Source: the human T2T-CHM13v2.0 reference genome, Homo sapiens
Direction: 5' to 3' (one strand)
Length of the DNA: 64,000 nt
NCBI RefSeq assembly: GCF_009914755.1
Contig: NC_060937.1
Position numbers and translations under genes: made by a program. The notes under the pieces were generated by a model. That model had not been told where the DNA came from and made no database searches. It saw nothing but the letters and a program-made list of their open reading frames with translations. Positions 62,628 to 64,000 of this stretch are shown in pieces; the stretch's first letter is position 1; every line of letters starts with the position of its first letter.

Positions 62628-64000
62628 TTTTTTTTTTTTATACTTTAAGTTCTAGGGTACATGTGCACAACGTGCAGGTTTGTTACATATGTATACATGT
62701 GCCATGTTGGTGTGCTGCACCCATTAACTCGTCATTTACATTAGGTATATCTCCTAATGCTTTCCCTCCCCCCTCCCCCCACCCCATAACAGGCCCTGGT
62801 GTGTGATGTTCCCCTTCCTGTGTCCAAGTGTTCTCACTGTTCAATTCCCACCTACGAATGAGAACATGCGGTGTTTGGTTTTTTGTTCTTGTGATAGTTT
62901 GCTGAGAATGATGGTTTCCAGCTTCATCCATGTCCTTACAAAGGACACAAACTCATCCTTTTTTACAGCTGCATAGTATTCCATGGTGTATATGTGCCAC
63001 ATTTTCTTAATCCAGTCTGTCATTGATGAACATTTGGGTTGGTTCCAAGTCTTTGCTATTGTGAATAGTGCTGCAATAAACATGCGTGTGCATGTGCCTT
63101 TATAACAGCATGATTTATAATCCTTTGGGTATATACCCAGTAATGGGATGGCTGGGTCAAATGGTATTTCTCGTTCTAGATCCTTGAGGAATCGCCACAC
63201 TGTCTTCCACAATGGTTGAACTAGTTTACAGTCCCACCAACAGTGTAAAAGTGTTCCTATTTCTCCACATCCTCTCCAGCACCTGTTGTTTCCTGACTTT
63301 TTAATGATAGCCATTCTAACTGTTGTGAGATGGTATCTTATTGTGATTTTGATTTGTATTTCTCTGATGACCAGTGATGATGAGCATTTTTTCATGTGTC
63401 TGTTGGATGTATAAATGTCTTCTTTTGAGAAGTGTCTGTTCATATCCTTCACCCACTTTTTGATGGGGTTGTTTGTTTTTTTCTTGTAAATTTGATTGAG
63501 ATCTTTGTAGATTCTGGATATTAGCCCTTTGTCAGATGAGTAGATTGCAAAAATTTTCTCCCATTCTGTAGGTTGCCTCTTCACTCTAATGGTAGTTTCT
63601 TTTGCTGTGCAGAAGCTCTTTAGTTTAATTAGATCCCATTTGTCAATTTTGGCTTCTGTTACCATTGCTTTTGGTGTTTTAGACATGAAGTCCTTGCCCA
63701 TGCCTATGTCCTGAATGGTATTGCCTAGGTTTTCTTCTAGGGTTTTTTATGGTTTTAGGTCTAACATTTAAGTCTTTGATCCATCTTGAATTAATTTTTG
63801 TATAAGGTGTAAGGAAGGGATCCAGTTTCAGCTTTCTACATACGGCTAGCCAGTTTTCCCAGCACCATTTCCCAGCACCATTTTTTAAATAGGGAATCCT
63901 TTCCCCATTTCTTGTTTTTGTCAGGTTTGTCAAAATCAGATGGTTGTAGATGTGTGGTATTATTTCTGAGGGCTCTGTTCTGTTCCATATCTCTATATGT
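62628..64000 (-). mobile_element. Younger L1PA (about PA4-5) 3' portion, runs to the window edge
   Basis: 286-aa ORF2 C-terminal frame at 62841-63701, G-rich 3' UTR and poly(A). Confidence 0.93.

Noticed and set aside
62841-63701. 286-aa ORF as a host gene
   Set aside because: It is the L1 ORF2 C-terminal domain. A 13-nt tandem duplication near 63858 breaks the upstream frame.

Overview
Primate (almost certainly human) genomic DNA, dense in Alu and L1 elements. There are no prokaryote-type features such as operons, CRISPR arrays, rRNA or tRNA. Two intron-containing gene copies lie in tandem on the minus strand. (1) Exons 1-4 of an MRPS31 duplicate (about 1.1-11.3 kb) carry a lost ATG, frameshifts, stops and two mutated donors, but keep a CpG-island promoter. 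(2) The seven 3' exons of a TPTE2/TPIP (voltage-sensing phosphatase family) paralog lie at 36.3-52.1 kb. Orientation and spacing fit my recollection of MRPS31P5 and TPTE2P2 on 13q14.3, which I have not verified. The main observation is that all seven TPTE2-like exons keep GT-AG sites and splice into a 608-nt stop-free frame ending at the normal stop codon. The frame has a strong-Kozak internal ATG, and an antisense splice donor in the neighbouring L1 5' end would fuse to it in frame. The window also holds several small rearrangement footprints: a MER85 terminal palindrome, a 47-bp templated inversion inside an Alu, an apparent gene-conversion tract between inverted Alus, a twin-primed L1, and an Alu broken against a CpG-promoter fragment. 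Nearly all ORFs in the supplied track are repeat-derived or chance frames. Reference proteins and repeat subfamilies are recalled from memory, and repeat boundaries are approximate.
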